Shown here one piece after another: positions 1-11,500 of a DNA stretch of 64,000 nucleotides. The DNA is taken from contig NW_013657636.1 in assembly GCF_000142905.1 (NCBI RefSeq), positions 124,001-188,000 on the forward strand. The letters run 5' to 3'. The translations under genes and the position numbers were made by a program. The stretch comes from Thecamonas trahens ATCC 50062. Its lineage: Eukaryota; Protista; Apusomonadida. Position 1 is the first letter of the stretch. The number at the start of each line of letters is the position of its first letter. The notes below the pieces were generated by a model. It saw only the letters and a program-made list of their open reading frames with translations. It was not told the DNA's origin and did no database searches.

Positions 1-361
1 GCTAGCATGAACAACGTGTGATATACACATGCTTGATACGGTGCGCTGTGACAAACAGCATAATAAAAACGGTTGATCATCCGTCGCCTGACACACTCGC
101 ATACAGATGCTTCAGACGTAAACAATCTGTTCGACATGCCTAAAGGAATCATGTGCAGTTGATTCGTCCAATGCAAAAGTATGTGATGTGTTATACAGAG
201 TTTTAGTGTAGAGAGAGTAAAGCCTGAGGTGCTGCGTGTTTGTCTGCAAAGAGATCAAGTATGGATGTAACCGTGGTGCCTGGCGGGAGAAGCAAGCCAC
301 GCACGTGGGCTGCGTTCGCGCGTGGCACAGACACAGAACACTTGACCTGTCACGCCCTGGC

Positions 362-3300
362 ATGGCCCATTCCCCACTCCACCTCCGGGTCGGGTCGACT
401 GTTTCTGTGGACGCAGAGGCGCGCGGCAGAGTCATGGCCGCTGTGCCACTGTCCGGTGGTGGGCTAGGCCGTGCTTGGCTCGGCTTTGCTGTCTGTCTCA
501 CCGACTCTGCGGCGGCGTCGTCGTTGTCGCCTGCCGGGCTGGCGGCCTCGTGCCGCACCGTGCTAGCGCTGGCATCAGCGGTGTCGAGCTCGTTTGTGCG
601 CGATCCACCGCACCAGACTCTCGGTCTACTCAAGGACGTCCTTATTGCTGCTCGGCGACTGTACGACGCTGTGCCGGCTGCTGGCTCGGCTGGGCGCATC
701 CGCAGTGGTCTCGGCGACGCCGCCAGAGTCCTCAAGCTCGCCTACCGTAGTCTGGCGGATGCATCTCGTGTAACTGGAGTAAGATCGAGTCTCGCGCCTG
801 AACTAGTTGATGGTGCTTGCGAAGCCCTCGAGGCAGCATGCCGTCGAGTGGGCGAGTTGCTGGCATGGGCCGAGGCCAAGGCAGCGCTTGCTGGCAATCT
901 CGATGCCGACTGGTCTCAGAACGTCGATGCCGCCGTCTCAGACGCACTGGAGACCTCGTTGTACATTGCTGACGATTCGAGTAATAGCTCACCCGGTCAC
1001 ACTGTCGCACTCGACGAGCCTGTCACTACCGAGCTCCTCACCCGTGCCGCGGGATGCGAGGCGGCTGCCGATCGTGTTCTTGCCTCGGATGCGCTCGTCG
1101 ACCTGCTTGCGCTTGGTAACTCACCAGTGACGCAGGACCCGACGTCAGGACTCTCGCTCGACACTGTTGTCCAGCACGTTGTCCGGGCCCGGGCCTCAGT
1201 CCGATCAGCCATCGAAACTCTGAGGAAGCGGCTAGCGTCCACCACTGCCCGCACCCTCCTCTCCAATGCGATTCACGAGCTCTGCGTTGCATGCAGGCTC
1301 CTCCACGCACACCTCGCCCTTATCAAGCGTTCAACATCTGCAAGTAGCGCGCATCCTGCTGTCGTCCGAGCTCGCGCAGGATCGGACGCGGCGTCAAGTG
1401 TCGGCTCGTACGCCACAGCTCTAACTCGCGAAGTCTCGTCGCCCACAGGTATGCACTTTCCACACCAGCGCTCGGTTCGGTTTGACGCGGGGCGCGGGCG
1501 GGCAGGGTCGAATGTCTCGTTGAACTCGACGTCGCCCATGCTCTCGCGCCGGCCGCTGGGGCTCGCCTACGCTGAATCAGTCGCCACCCTCTCGGACCAC
1601 TCGGGCACATCACCACTGCAGCGCCGGCGCCGCTGCGGTATGAGCAACCGACTCAACAGTACATCAGGCTCGATTACATCACTGGCTACTCGCCTCTCCG
1701 AGCTGGGTAGAGACCGCCAGGCACCGCGGCCTCCGCTTGCTTACACCCTCACACCCGATGATCATGCCGCCATGGCCAGGTTGGACGCCACAGTCTCGTG
1801 CTCCGACCTGGATGAGAGCTCGATCTCCTCTGACGCCGAGTCGGGAAGCCCCAAGGCCAAGAGCAAGACCAAGGCCAAGGCCAAAAAGAGGCTCAAGAAG
1901 AAGAGAAAGTTGACAGACCGGAAGACTCCGCTGCCGATGGCTGCTCGCCGCATGGCGTCGATGTCGGCACTCAAGATGGCATCGGTTCTGGACAAGCTTG
2001 GGAGGGGAGAGCCGGAGCTGGCGGGCTCACTGGTTCGGACGCCGGACCATGTTACCAGTCTTGGCGAGAAGGAGGCAGGCCATGTCAATCTCAATCCATC
2101 GACCAACTCGCGGATCTCGTACCTGATGACACTACTGCAGGTCTCGCCGGGTCCCAAGTCGCTCGCCCAGATCCGCAAGGCCTTTGCCCGTGAATCCAAG
2201 GCGTGGCGCTCTGACTTTGCAGCCGCCGGCGGCGTCTCGGCACTTTTTGACCTTGCCAACATGGTCTCGTCTGTTGTTGCAGCTGTCGCTGACGATGTCG
2301 TACTTGCAGAAGATCTGACAGCCACCATTCTCCAGCTGACAGAAGCCGATGGTGGCGCGGAGCTCATTGCGACGCATCCGTCGCATCTTGCATCACTTGT
2401 TCGCCTACTGGTGTGCGAGACTGAGGTGGGCACTGGGCCGAGTGTCACAGCTGCGGCCTTGATACTTACCCGGGTTGTCGATGCTGGCCATGGAGGCGCG
2501 GTGCACGACGCACTGCGGAGTGTGCAAGCCGAGCTCGGGCGAGCATCGGTCATTGTGGATGCGCTCGCCATGCATGCAGGCGACTCTGGCACGGCTTGTG
2601 CCGTTGTCTCGCTCACCAACGCTCTCCTGGCCAGCTTTCCGCGACTTGCGCCTCGCGTCGCTGTCCGCACCACCCTCATCGACGCTGGCATCGGTCACCA
2701 GCTGACTGTGGTGGAGACTCATGCAGGAGCCTCGCTTGCCCCAATCGACGCGTTTCATCATGCTTGGGAGGACGACACAGCAGCGCTGTCTGTTGCCGGG
2801 CTTGATCTCACCTCGCCAGTTGCAGTCTGCAAGGCGCTCGCTGCCTCGTTGCGGACTACCGAGGCCTGGCCACTCTTTGTATCGCTCATGGAGCGGCTAC
2901 TGGCAGTGCCGACCGATGGCACGCGTGGGCTCTCTGCTTGGTCTGCGCTCGTCGATACTCTCGATGCAGCGCTGGCGCTCGACGGTCCGGGCGTCAACGA
3001 GCCCCTGGCCAAGCTCAAAGATGCCATCGAGCAGCGATCTGGGCTCGAGAATCTACGCGCCGAGCGTGACGAGGCGTTGTCGACGGTTACACAGCTGGAG
3101 AATCACATCCAGGCGCTTCTTGCTCGGGCGCCAGAGGAGATTGCCATCGAGGTGGCGTCGTATCGGGCACAGCGCGCCAAGATGAGTGCCGTTCTTGCCT
3201 GCCAGGCGCAGATGGCGGCGGAGCAGCGTGCCGCCGACGCCACTCGTGCCGCTCAGCAACTTGATCGCTGGAAGGCGAAACACGACAAGTCAATGGCTGC

Positions 3301-4876
3301 CCTCAATGCCATGGCCAAAGAGCTCCGGACGCTCAAACTACGACTTGGCTTTGTTAAGCAGCCGTCCGTCTCGACGGTTGTGGCGGCGGCAGTGGGGCCC
3401 GAACCAAATGTGGCGCTAACCGAACCCAGCGCAGATGCTCCGCTCCCGCCATTGCCTGGAGATGCAATTCAGGAGGCAGCAGCGCCACCGCCACCGCCCA
3501 AAAGCATTCCACCGCCACCACCGCCGCCACCGCCGCCGCCGGGCTCAGCTGCTGGCGGCAGCAATGCCAGCGTCACCAGGGTAGCTCCAACCGAGGAAGG
3601 CGGATTCTGGACCGTGGATGGTTGGGAAGTGGCCAACGTGCCGATGCGCAAGTTGATGTGCCTACCGCTGCGGGATGTCGCTGGCACTGTGTTTGCGGAC
3701 CTTGACGAAGCGGCGGAAGATGAGGCGCTGGACGAGATGCTGGAAGAGGTGCTGGATCTGCACGATCTCGAGCGGGCGTTTGCAGCGCGGGCTGCCAAGC
3801 CTGTGGCCAGCGCGGCCAAATCTGAAAAGTCAAGCTCGGACCACGTCGAGCTCCTTGACCCATCGCGGGCGCGAAACATCGACATTTTGCTCTCGCAGTT
3901 CAAGGGATGGAATCTAAGCCAGATTCGCAACGCCATTCTCGAATGGGACACGCAGGTCCTCACGCCGCAGCGGGTTCGCGCCCTTGTGCGGGCCGCCCCA
4001 TCGGACGCCGAGACCGAGGTTCTCACCGAGTACACCGGCCCGCGGGCGTCACTTCCGCGACCAGTCAAGTTTATGTATGAGCTTGTGAGCGTGGCAATGC
4101 TCTCTGAGCGGCTCTCGGTCATGGTGTTTCTCGATGAGGCACCTGGTCACGTGCTAGATGTCTCGCACGACCTCGTAAGCGTCGCAGGCGCGCTGCACGC
4201 ACTCGACACCTGCACTTCGCTCATGTCGCTGCTCCGGGTCGTCCGGCGCATCGTCAACTTTATGGGCGGCGCGTCGAAAAGCCGGCCTGTTGCTGGCTTC
4301 CGGCTCTCTGTCCTCACACGCCTCGCAGACGTTCGCGCCGCCGACGGCTCGACCACACTGCTGCACTACCTCGTGGAGCGAGTTGCTGATGCAGCGCCGC
4401 ATCTCGGGCGGTTTGTGCAGGAACTGGGCCTCCTCGAGCACGCCGCATCCAAGCCGCTTACGGGATACATTGCGCCCAACGTCCGGGTCCTCGCCCGCGA
4501 TCTCGAGCTCGTCAATGCCACCCTGCAGCAGCTACCGGCTGACGATCCGATCGTTGTCAAGGCCCGTCCGGCAGTCGCGGACATCACCGACCGCATTCAC
4601 CACCTCCACACGGTACTCGCCGAGGCCAACGCTGACTACGCCCGCCTCGCAATCCGCTTCGGTGAGAAGGCCGACGTCGATGCTGAGGACTTCCTCGGCG
4701 TGTTGGTCCGGTTCCGCGCTCAGTGGATCCGCGCCGAGGCTGATCTCGAACGCGCGGCCAAGGTCCGCGACGCTGCTGCCAAGCGGGCCGCGCTTGCCGA
4801 CACGCTTCGTGCAGTCAAGGCAAAGGCAAATCGACGAGGGAATGTCCAACCGCGGCTTGCCCCGAGCACCATCTAG
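362..4876 (+). CDS. Formin (long N-terminal helical region, GBD/FH3, coiled coil, FH1 polyproline, FH2)
   Basis: Long ORF with first ATG at 362. Polyproline FH1 (PPPPPKSIPPPPPPPPPPP) is followed by FH2 motifs (ELLDPSRARNIDILL, GFRLSVLTRLADVRAADGSTTLLHYL, FGE..DAEDFL). The armadillo-like GBD/FH3 region includes FAAAGGVSAL and RVAVRTTL. Confidence 0.9.
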   Translation: MAHSPLHLRVGSTVSVDAEARGRVMAAVPLSGGGLGRAWLGFAVCLTDSAAASSLSPAGLAASCRTVLALASAVSSSFVRDPPHQTLGLLKDVLIAARRLYDAVPAAGSAGRIRSGLGDAARVLKLAYRSLADASRVTGVRSSLAPELVDGACEALEAACRRVGELLAWAEAKAALAGNLDADWSQNVDAAVSDALETSLYIADDSSNSSPGHTVALDEPVTTELLTRAAGCEAAADRVLASDALVDLLALGNSPVTQDPTSGLSLDTVVQHVVRARASVRSAIETLRKRLASTTARTLLSNAIHELCVACRLLHAHLALIKRSTSASSAHPAVVRARAGSDAASSVGSYATALTREVSSPTGMHFPHQRSVRFDAGRGRAGSNVSLNSTSPMLSRRPLGLAYAESVATLSDHSGTSPLQRRRRCGMSNRLNSTSGSITSLATRLSELGRDRQAPRPPLAYTLTPDDHAAMARLDATVSCSDLDESSISSDAESGSPKAKSKTKAKAKKRLKKKRKLTDRKTPLPMAARRMASMSALKMASVLDKLGRGEPELAGSLVRTPDHVTSLGEKEAGHVNLNPSTNSRISYLMTLLQVSPGPKSLAQIRKAFARESKAWRSDFAAAGGVSALFDLANMVSSVVAAVADDVVLAEDLTATILQLTEADGGAELIATHPSHLASLVRLLVCETEVGTGPSVTAAALILTRVVDAGHGGAVHDALRSVQAELGRASVIVDALAMHAGDSGTACAVVSLTNALLASFPRLAPRVAVRTTLIDAGIGHQLTVVETHAGASLAPIDAFHHAWEDDTAALSVAGLDLTSPVAVCKALAASLRTTEAWPLFVSLMERLLAVPTDGTRGLSAWSALVDTLDAALALDGPGVNEPLAKLKDAIEQRSGLENLRAERDEALSTVTQLENHIQALLARAPEEIAIEVASYRAQRAKMSAVLACQAQMAAEQRAADATRAAQQLDRWKAKHDKSMAALNAMAKELRTLKLRLGFVKQPSVSTVVAAAVGPEPNVALTEPSADAPLPPLPGDAIQEAAAPPPPPKSIPPPPPPPPPPPGSAAGGSNASVTRVAPTEEGGFWTVDGWEVANVPMRKLMCLPLRDVAGTVFADLDEAAEDEALDEMLEEVLDLHDLERAFAARAAKPVASAAKSEKSSSDHVELLDPSRARNIDILLSQFKGWNLSQIRNAILEWDTQVLTPQRVRALVRAAPSDAETEVLTEYTGPRASLPRPVKFMYELVSVAMLSERLSVMVFLDEAPGHVLDVSHDLVSVAGALHALDTCTSLMSLLRVVRRIVNFMGGASKSRPVAGFRLSVLTRLADVRAADGSTTLLHYLVERVADAAPHLGRFVQELGLLEHAASKPLTGYIAPNVRVLARDLELVNATLQQLPADDPIVVKARPAVADITDRIHHLHTVLAEANADYARLAIRFGEKADVDAEDFLGVLVRFRAQWIRAEADLERAAKVRDAAAKRAALADTLRAVKAKANRRGNVQPRLAPSTI

Positions 4877-5656
4877 GCGTGGGTGCGTGGTAAACGTAGA
4901 TTAGCGGGGGCCGTACGCTCAGAGCTCTCTAAGAGCGGAGCCCGAGACGCGATAGCAACAAGAAAAAGGCACTGAAACGCATTCGCAATTTGATCTATAA
5001 AACTATATAAACACAAATATACAATTACATAAACATATACTCCAATTTTACACAACTCCAATTTTACACTATTTGTACACAGTATATTATATATAATGAA
5101 TACATTTAACAAAAACAATCCAATTTCTAGATAAATGTTATCGTTTCGATCGAGATAATGGGCTGCTTAGCGTTTCTTGGTTTCTTGCGCGTTTAACACA
5201 CCTCACAACCATGCAACCTCGCTAGTCACATATGTTACACCTTGCGTCACGTGGTCATATGCAAAACGTTACTGTAGTTGCTCTAGATGGTGAGAAACAG
5301 GCGATTATCCAATCTGTCGCAGTCGCACACCGGCAGTCGTCATCTCCCGGCGTCGATCGCGGACCACAACGCTCGCAAGCTAGCCCTCAGGGGAGGTATT
5401 CGGCCTCGTTGCAACGAAGCCTGTATCCAGCCTTTGCATGGCGAGCGTTGCTGGATTCCAGGTTGTCCGATCCGTTGCTGTGCTACATGGCCGGGTGGTG
5501 GCCCCCGGCTGGGACTCAGTTTGCAGCAGAGGCCAAGGCCGGCAGGCGTCGCACGTCTCTCCCGCTGGTCGTCACATGCGCAAGGGTGCAACACCACGGG
5601 CCGCAGGAGAGCGGGCCGAGGTGCAGGGCAGCCCACCGCGGGCCTCGCACGTAGAC

Positions 5657-6415
5657 ATGACGCTCAACCTGCTGGCCAAGCTCAACCAGCCACCGCGCCA
5701 GGCGCGGTACCATGGGGTGGAGGTCTCGAGCGTGGCGACACAGACCGAGGTCACCGAGGTTGCGCCGCTCAAGCTGCTGCTGCGCAACTTTACGGTGCTG
5801 CGGACGCGGCTGGCGCGTGTGGCGCAAGAGTCGGCCAACGTCAAGGTCCGGATGCAGGCCGAGTTCAAGGCCTCGCTCGAGGCGCAGCTGCAGCAGCGCG
5901 TAGCGGCCATGGACACGCAAGTTGCCACCATCCGCAAGGCGCACGATGAGCACCTGGAGGACGTCCGCGCCGCCGCCCGCACCGAGGTCCGTCGGGCCAT
6001 CGCCTCTGTTCGCCGCGAGATCGTCATGCAGGCGACTGAGAAGGCCAAGGCCGAGCTGGCGTCTTCTGCCGCGGCAGGTGCGGTCCAGCCGGGCCCGTCA
6101 GGTGATCCGCAGTCAAGCGTCGAGCTCGAGATGGAGAACAATAGGTTGCGACGCGAAGTAGATGAGCTGCGTGACGAGCTCGACGAGACTCGTGATGACT
6201 TGGAGGACGCCGAGGCTGCTATTGAGACCCACCGCGCCCAGGTCGAGGCGTACAACACCACGCTGCAGAACACGCTGCAGACTCTGGCCGAGACTGTCGA
6301 GGCCCGATCGCGCGTGCCCGAGCTTGAGGAGCAGATCCGCCTCAAGAATCAGACCATTGCTCAGCTCGTCGAGCGCATCAACGCATACCACGAGCACGCC
6401 AAGGGCTTGCTATGA
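5657..6415 (+). CDS. Coiled-coil protein, C10orf67/DUF4709-like
   Basis: ORF with strong GC3 codon bias. ATQTEVTEVAPLK followed by long heptad helices resembles the DUF4709 N-terminus as recalled. Start could instead be the in-frame ATG at 5438. Confidence 0.6.
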   Translation: MTLNLLAKLNQPPRQARYHGVEVSSVATQTEVTEVAPLKLLLRNFTVLRTRLARVAQESANVKVRMQAEFKASLEAQLQQRVAAMDTQVATIRKAHDEHLEDVRAAARTEVRRAIASVRREIVMQATEKAKAELASSAAAGAVQPGPSGDPQSSVELEMENNRLRREVDELRDELDETRDDLEDAEAAIETHRAQVEAYNTTLQNTLQTLAETVEARSRVPELEEQIRLKNQTIAQLVERINAYHEHAKGLL

Positions 6416-6486
6416 TCGCATTGTCCTGTCTCGACACCACCACCACCGGCGCCGACACTCCTCACGGGTTTATCATCCTCACAACA

Positions 6487-7010
6487 TCACTGCGAGTCGT
6501 CAGCGCACGGAACTGCAAAGGTGATGCCGTACGCCTTGGCGCCACCGCGCCTGGCTGGGTACTCCTCGTTGACCCGCCCAACCAGCCGGTACGACTGGCC
6601 GCCGTGCCCGGCCGACCCGGCGTTGGCCGCCAGAGCCGGCGCCGAGTACAGGGCCTTGTCCAGCGACTTGAGAAGGAGCTCGGATGGCGCGTTTGGCCGG
6701 CCCTCTGGGTAAGCCACGGCCTCGGACGTGGCCCACAGCTCGACGTTGCGCTTCTTGACCAGACTCGGGTCGATGAGCGTCCGGCGCTGTTGTTGTCCGG
6801 TGACCACATCCACCATCCATAAACCGCACCGCACCGCACCGTTTCGCATGAGTCCCTACGCGTGTCCCTCTCCTGCCCCCTTTGCCCTGCCCAACCCCCA
6901 ACACGTACGTATGCGGCGATCTCGGGCGTCTCCTCAAACACCACCGGCTCGGACGGCTTGATGCGCTCCACCCGGGCAAGGTGGCGCAGATGCGCTTCGT
7001 TGAGGTTCAT
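6487..7010 (-). CDS. Hypothetical protein (spliced)
   Basis: Exon MNLNEAHLRH...EIAAY ends at a GTACGT donor (6908). A TAG acceptor near 6856 leads into the ORF ending FAVPCADDSQ. No family recognised. Confidence 0.5.
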
Positions 7011-7303
7011 GCTGAGCTATGCTCTCTCCCTCACCAGCAAGCACACCAGCACACAGCCTGCAAGTCTTGTCTGTAGCCGTCCTCTGCTCTGCCCCGTGTC
7101 CAGGTAGCTCTCGCGTGTGTTCCTTCTCGCCAGAGCAGTGCTTCCGCCCAACGGCCGGCCCCGCCAGTTCGCCACCAACCACCCCGCCACGGGGGGGGGG
7201 GGGGGGGGGGGCAGCCACTTTGGCGACTCAACCAACCATCGCCCGCTCCGCACCACTCCTCACCCGCGGCCTCACCTCACTCCTCCCCCACACCCCTCCC
7301 ACC

Positions 7304-8122
7304 ATGGCTGAGCTCACCGACATCAAAATCATTGCCGTGGGCGAGTTCGGGTGCGGCAAGACCTCGCTCTGCCGTCGCTTTGTTGACGGCTCGTGGGTGG
7401 AGGCTGCGCCGGCGTCGGCCTCCGGCAGCAGCCATGCTGAGGGCGGCGCTGGAGCTGGCGGCGGTGGCAAGGCGCGCGGGCGCAGACATAGCGGAAGCAG
7501 CAAGCCGGCGAACACGCTAGAGGTCGATGATGTGCGGCGGACGGCATCGTCATGCCTCTCGCCCGAGGTCGTCTCGGCCTTTGTCCGCGGCGGCAACACG
7601 GCCGTCGCCATGCGTGACCTGGCCATGGAGCACCACTTTGTCAAGATCGTGACCATGGACGGCTCGCCGGTCCGCCTCCGCCTCGTCGACACCTTTCCGT
7701 CACGCCTCGCCTCGCCCGCTGCCCTCCTTGAGCTCGTCGAGGAGCTTGGCGTCTTCCACGGCGTGCTCATGGTCTACGACATGGGCTCGCTCTCCTCGCT
7801 CCGCACCCTCCGCGCCTTTGTCGAGAAGTTCCCGCTCGACTCGCTGCCCATCCAGCCTGTCGTCACCCTGGTGGCGGCCAAGGCCGATGATGAGGACGCT
7901 CGTGAGGTCTCGCGCGATCTCGTCCGCACCTGGTCCGACGAGGTCTTTGGCGGTGCCCCATGCTACGAGGTCTCCGCCCGCGAAGATCCCGACTCGGTCT
8001 CTGCCGTCTTCCTCGACATGTGCGAGCGCATTCGCGAGCACGCCTCCACAGCCTCGATCGACGTCGCCACCTCGTCGCCCATGCTCGCCCGCGCCGAGCC
8101 GTCCGACTGCCGCACCTCGTAG
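7304..8122 (+). CDS. Divergent Ras-superfamily small GTPase
   Basis: G1 GEFGCGKTS, LRLVDT (G3 degenerate to DTFP), G4-like AAKAD, G5 EVSA and a C-terminal CaaX-like CRTS. Confidence 0.8.
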   Translation: MAELTDIKIIAVGEFGCGKTSLCRRFVDGSWVEAAPASASGSSHAEGGAGAGGGGKARGRRHSGSSKPANTLEVDDVRRTASSCLSPEVVSAFVRGGNTAVAMRDLAMEHHFVKIVTMDGSPVRLRLVDTFPSRLASPAALLELVEELGVFHGVLMVYDMGSLSSLRTLRAFVEKFPLDSLPIQPVVTLVAAKADDEDAREVSRDLVRTWSDEVFGGAPCYEVSAREDPDSVSAVFLDMCERIREHASTASIDVATSSPMLARAEPSDCRTS

Positions 8123-8548
8123 TCGGCCAATGCCATCCTTGGGTCCCGAAGGCGAGCACTGTGGCCCGCTTCCCCCCTCCCTCCCCCTCATATCGCTGGT
8201 TGTGCCTGTGCCATCTGCCAGTAAACAAGAGAATCAAATCATGTGGTATGTGGTGGTGCCCATCAAGGTCGTCAACTCGAGCGCCTTCAAGCGCATTCTG
8301 CTGGTCTGGACATCGGGCCTGACTACGCCGCCTAAAACGGATCACTGGCCCATGCCCTGCCCACTGACACCCTCTCCATGGACTTTTTAGTGTCTCTGTT
8401 GTCTGGTGGTGGTCCGATCTCACTTCCCTTGCCCCCCCCCCTCCCCCCCCCCCCCCTTTCCCTCCCTTCCCCAACCCACCTGCAATGGAAGCATTGCTCT
8501 CGTTGCCCGCGCCTCTCCCGCTCCACCCCCCCCTCTCCCACCGCCACC

Positions 8549-11500
8549 ATGCACAGCGTACGCCTGCAGGCATGGCCTGCCGGCTGCGCCTCGCCGGGCG
8601 TCTCAATCCCACTATCTCCTGCCGTGGTTGCTGCTCTTGGTGCTGTCCTTGTCCCCGCCGTCCGTGCGGCTCTCGCAGTCTCGGCGCCGTCGGCGCCCCC
8701 CGGCTCTCTGCGTGTCGCGCTCGACGCCGTCGTCCTCGCCGCCGTCCCTGATCTCGACTCAGCAGACGACACCACGTGGTCACACGACGCCTTGGCCGGC
8801 GCACCGCTCCTGCCGCTGCCTGCCACATCCAGGCCCGAGCCCGAGCTCGGCCCACCGCCGGCGCCGGCGTCGCAGACCGACGACGCTGCGCTCTCTACCT
8901 CGGGCTCGCACACCGGCTCGGCATCGCAGACGCTGACGCTCACTGCCGATCGGACAGAGACCCTTGCGCCGCACGCTCTTGCGCAACTCCAGTTTTCCAA
9001 GCCGCCCCACGCCCCACAGCTGCCATCGTCGCCGTCGTCGCCGCTGCCAATGGCGAGGCCGCGGACGGCGGGGGGTGGTGCTGGGCCTGCCGACGCCGGC
9101 CGGATCGCCGCTTCGCCGCCGGCGTTGTTGCAGCCGGTCAGCGCCGGTGCTGACGCACCGGGTCGCTCCTCGCCGCTGGTCCGCTACGTCATCGACAAGT
9201 CCGGCTGGTCCAACGACATGGACGTCATCGAGTGGGCTGAGCTCAAGGGTCTGGAAAAGATCGGCTCAGGTGCGTTTGGCACCGTCTACAAGGCCGAGCG
9301 GCACCACAAAGAGTGCTGCATCAAGGTCTTTGACGCACGCTCTCGCCGTCGGCGCTGCAGTCGTTTGTTGAGGAGGCCCACGTGCTTGCCCAGCTCAAGC
9401 ACCCCAACTGCGTCCTGTTCATGGGCGTTTGCCTCGATCCGGACCACACTGGAGTGGTCACCGAGTACATGGACGGCGGCGACTTGCGGCAGCTCCTCCG
9501 CGCATGGCGGGCAGCACACTCGGAAGATGGCCTCGCGTACCCGTACCCAGCCCCGAGCTCACCGCTCGCACCGCTCGCCTTTGCGTCGCGCAAGACCCGG
9601 GTCCGTATCTTGCTGGAGGCCGGCATCGGCCTGCAGTACCTGCACTCGCTTGGTTTTCCGCACCGCGACATCAAGCCGTCCAACATCCTCCTGGAAGGCC
9701 GCATGTTTCCTGTCAAGCTCGCTGACTTTGGCATGTCAGGACCCAAGGCGGCGCTCTCCGGCGGCGGCGGCACGCCGAGGTACTCGGCGCCCGAGGTTCT
9801 CCTCGGCGCTCAAGCTGACGCTGCATCGGACGTCTTTTCTTTTGGAGTGGTTGTTTACGAGGTCCTCACTACCACCAAGCCGTGCCTCCGTGGCCGCAAC
9901 GCCTTTGCCTCGCCTGTCGCCGAGCCTGCTCATCTGGAGACGCCTTCGCTCATTCCGGCTCACACTGCCGCCCTGCTCTCGGCCATGCTTGCGCCCGAGC
10001 CGGCGGATCGCCCGTCCATGGCTACAGTGTGCGAGGCTCTCGTTGCTCTGCACGACTCGCTGTGGGCCGCACCGGCGCCTATCCTCCTCGTGCCCGACGA
10101 CATCGTCCTCCGCATCTTTGGTTTTGTTCCGCTCCGCCAGCGCGCCTCGCTCCGTGCGGTCTGCCGTGCCTGGCGGGCCATCACCGAGAGCCACGCGCTC
10201 TGGGCGCCCGATCTCGACGAAGCGCTGGTTGTTGACTCGGATGAGCGAATTCAGCTCCTGCTCCGCGCGCCGTATCTTGGCGTGGCGCACTGGCTCTTTG
10301 GTCTCACCTCGCTCAAGGTCGGGCGCCATGTCTCGGACACTGGGCTGCACATCCTGGCCTCGTTCTGTGTTCAGCTTGTCGAGCTTGACCTCTCGCCGGC
10401 GCTGCTCGTCTCGGACCTTGGCGTCCGCGACATTGTATCATCGCTCACCGACCTCACTGATCTCGACTTGTCAGAGTGCAAGCATCTCTCGGACCGTGCG
10501 CTGCAGTACGTCGGCGAGTCGTGCGCCTCGCTGACCAAGCTCAATCTCGACTCGTGCGTCGCCATGACCTCGGCAGGCATCAAGCACCTCGCCATCGGCT
10601 GTCCCGACTTGCGCATTGTATGCCTCGCGGGCATTGCCACTATGGGTGACCCTGCTCTGCTCTTCCTTGCCTCGTGTGTTGGCCTCTCCGAAATCGACGT
10701 CTCGGGCTGCGCTGCCGTCACCGACGTAGGCCTCTCTGCGCTTGCCGCCTCATGCGTCCTCACTACCGTCATCGCCACCGCCTGCCCCAATCTCACCTCG
10801 CGCGGCGTCCGCGAGGTCCTCGAATACTCGGCTAATCTCCGAGTCGCTATCTTTAACGACTGCCCGGACGTCGGCTCGGATGCCTTTGCCGACTATGTTC
10901 CGCCGCGGCTGCGCCATCTCTCTCTCGCCGGCTGCCGTCGGGTCGGCAACTCTGCGCTCCGGCTTCTGCCGCCGACGCTCGAGCTCCTCTCCATCTCTTC
11001 GTGCACCCGCATCAATGCCGTCGGGTACGCCAGCCTTGCCGAGCTGGGCCTCACAGCACTCGAGGCGCTCTCGTTGCGGCGGACGTCAGTGACAGATACC
11101 CAGCTCGAGCCGCTGCTGGTCTCGACGGCTGGCGCGCTCTGCTCGCTGGATCTCACGCAAGCGCTCAAGATTGGCGATGCCGGCCTGCATGCCATCTCGC
11201 AAGCTGCCCCGCATCTGCGGCGCCTTGCTCTTGGCGGCTGCCACCGCATCTCCAACGACGGCCTTCGCTTCCTTACCCGCGGCTGCACGCAACTAACGGA
11301 GCTTTTTTGGACGGCTGTTCCAAGATCGACGACCTTGGCATGGCATATCTCACAAACCTAAGCTCGCTCTCAGCGCTCTCGCTGGCGTGGTGCTCTCGGG
11401 TCACTGACCTCGGCGTCGAGTCGCTTGCTCATCTACCAGCGCTCACGCGGCTCTCGCTCGAGCGGCTGCGGCTGCTGTCCGACAGCGGCGTGCTCGCGTT

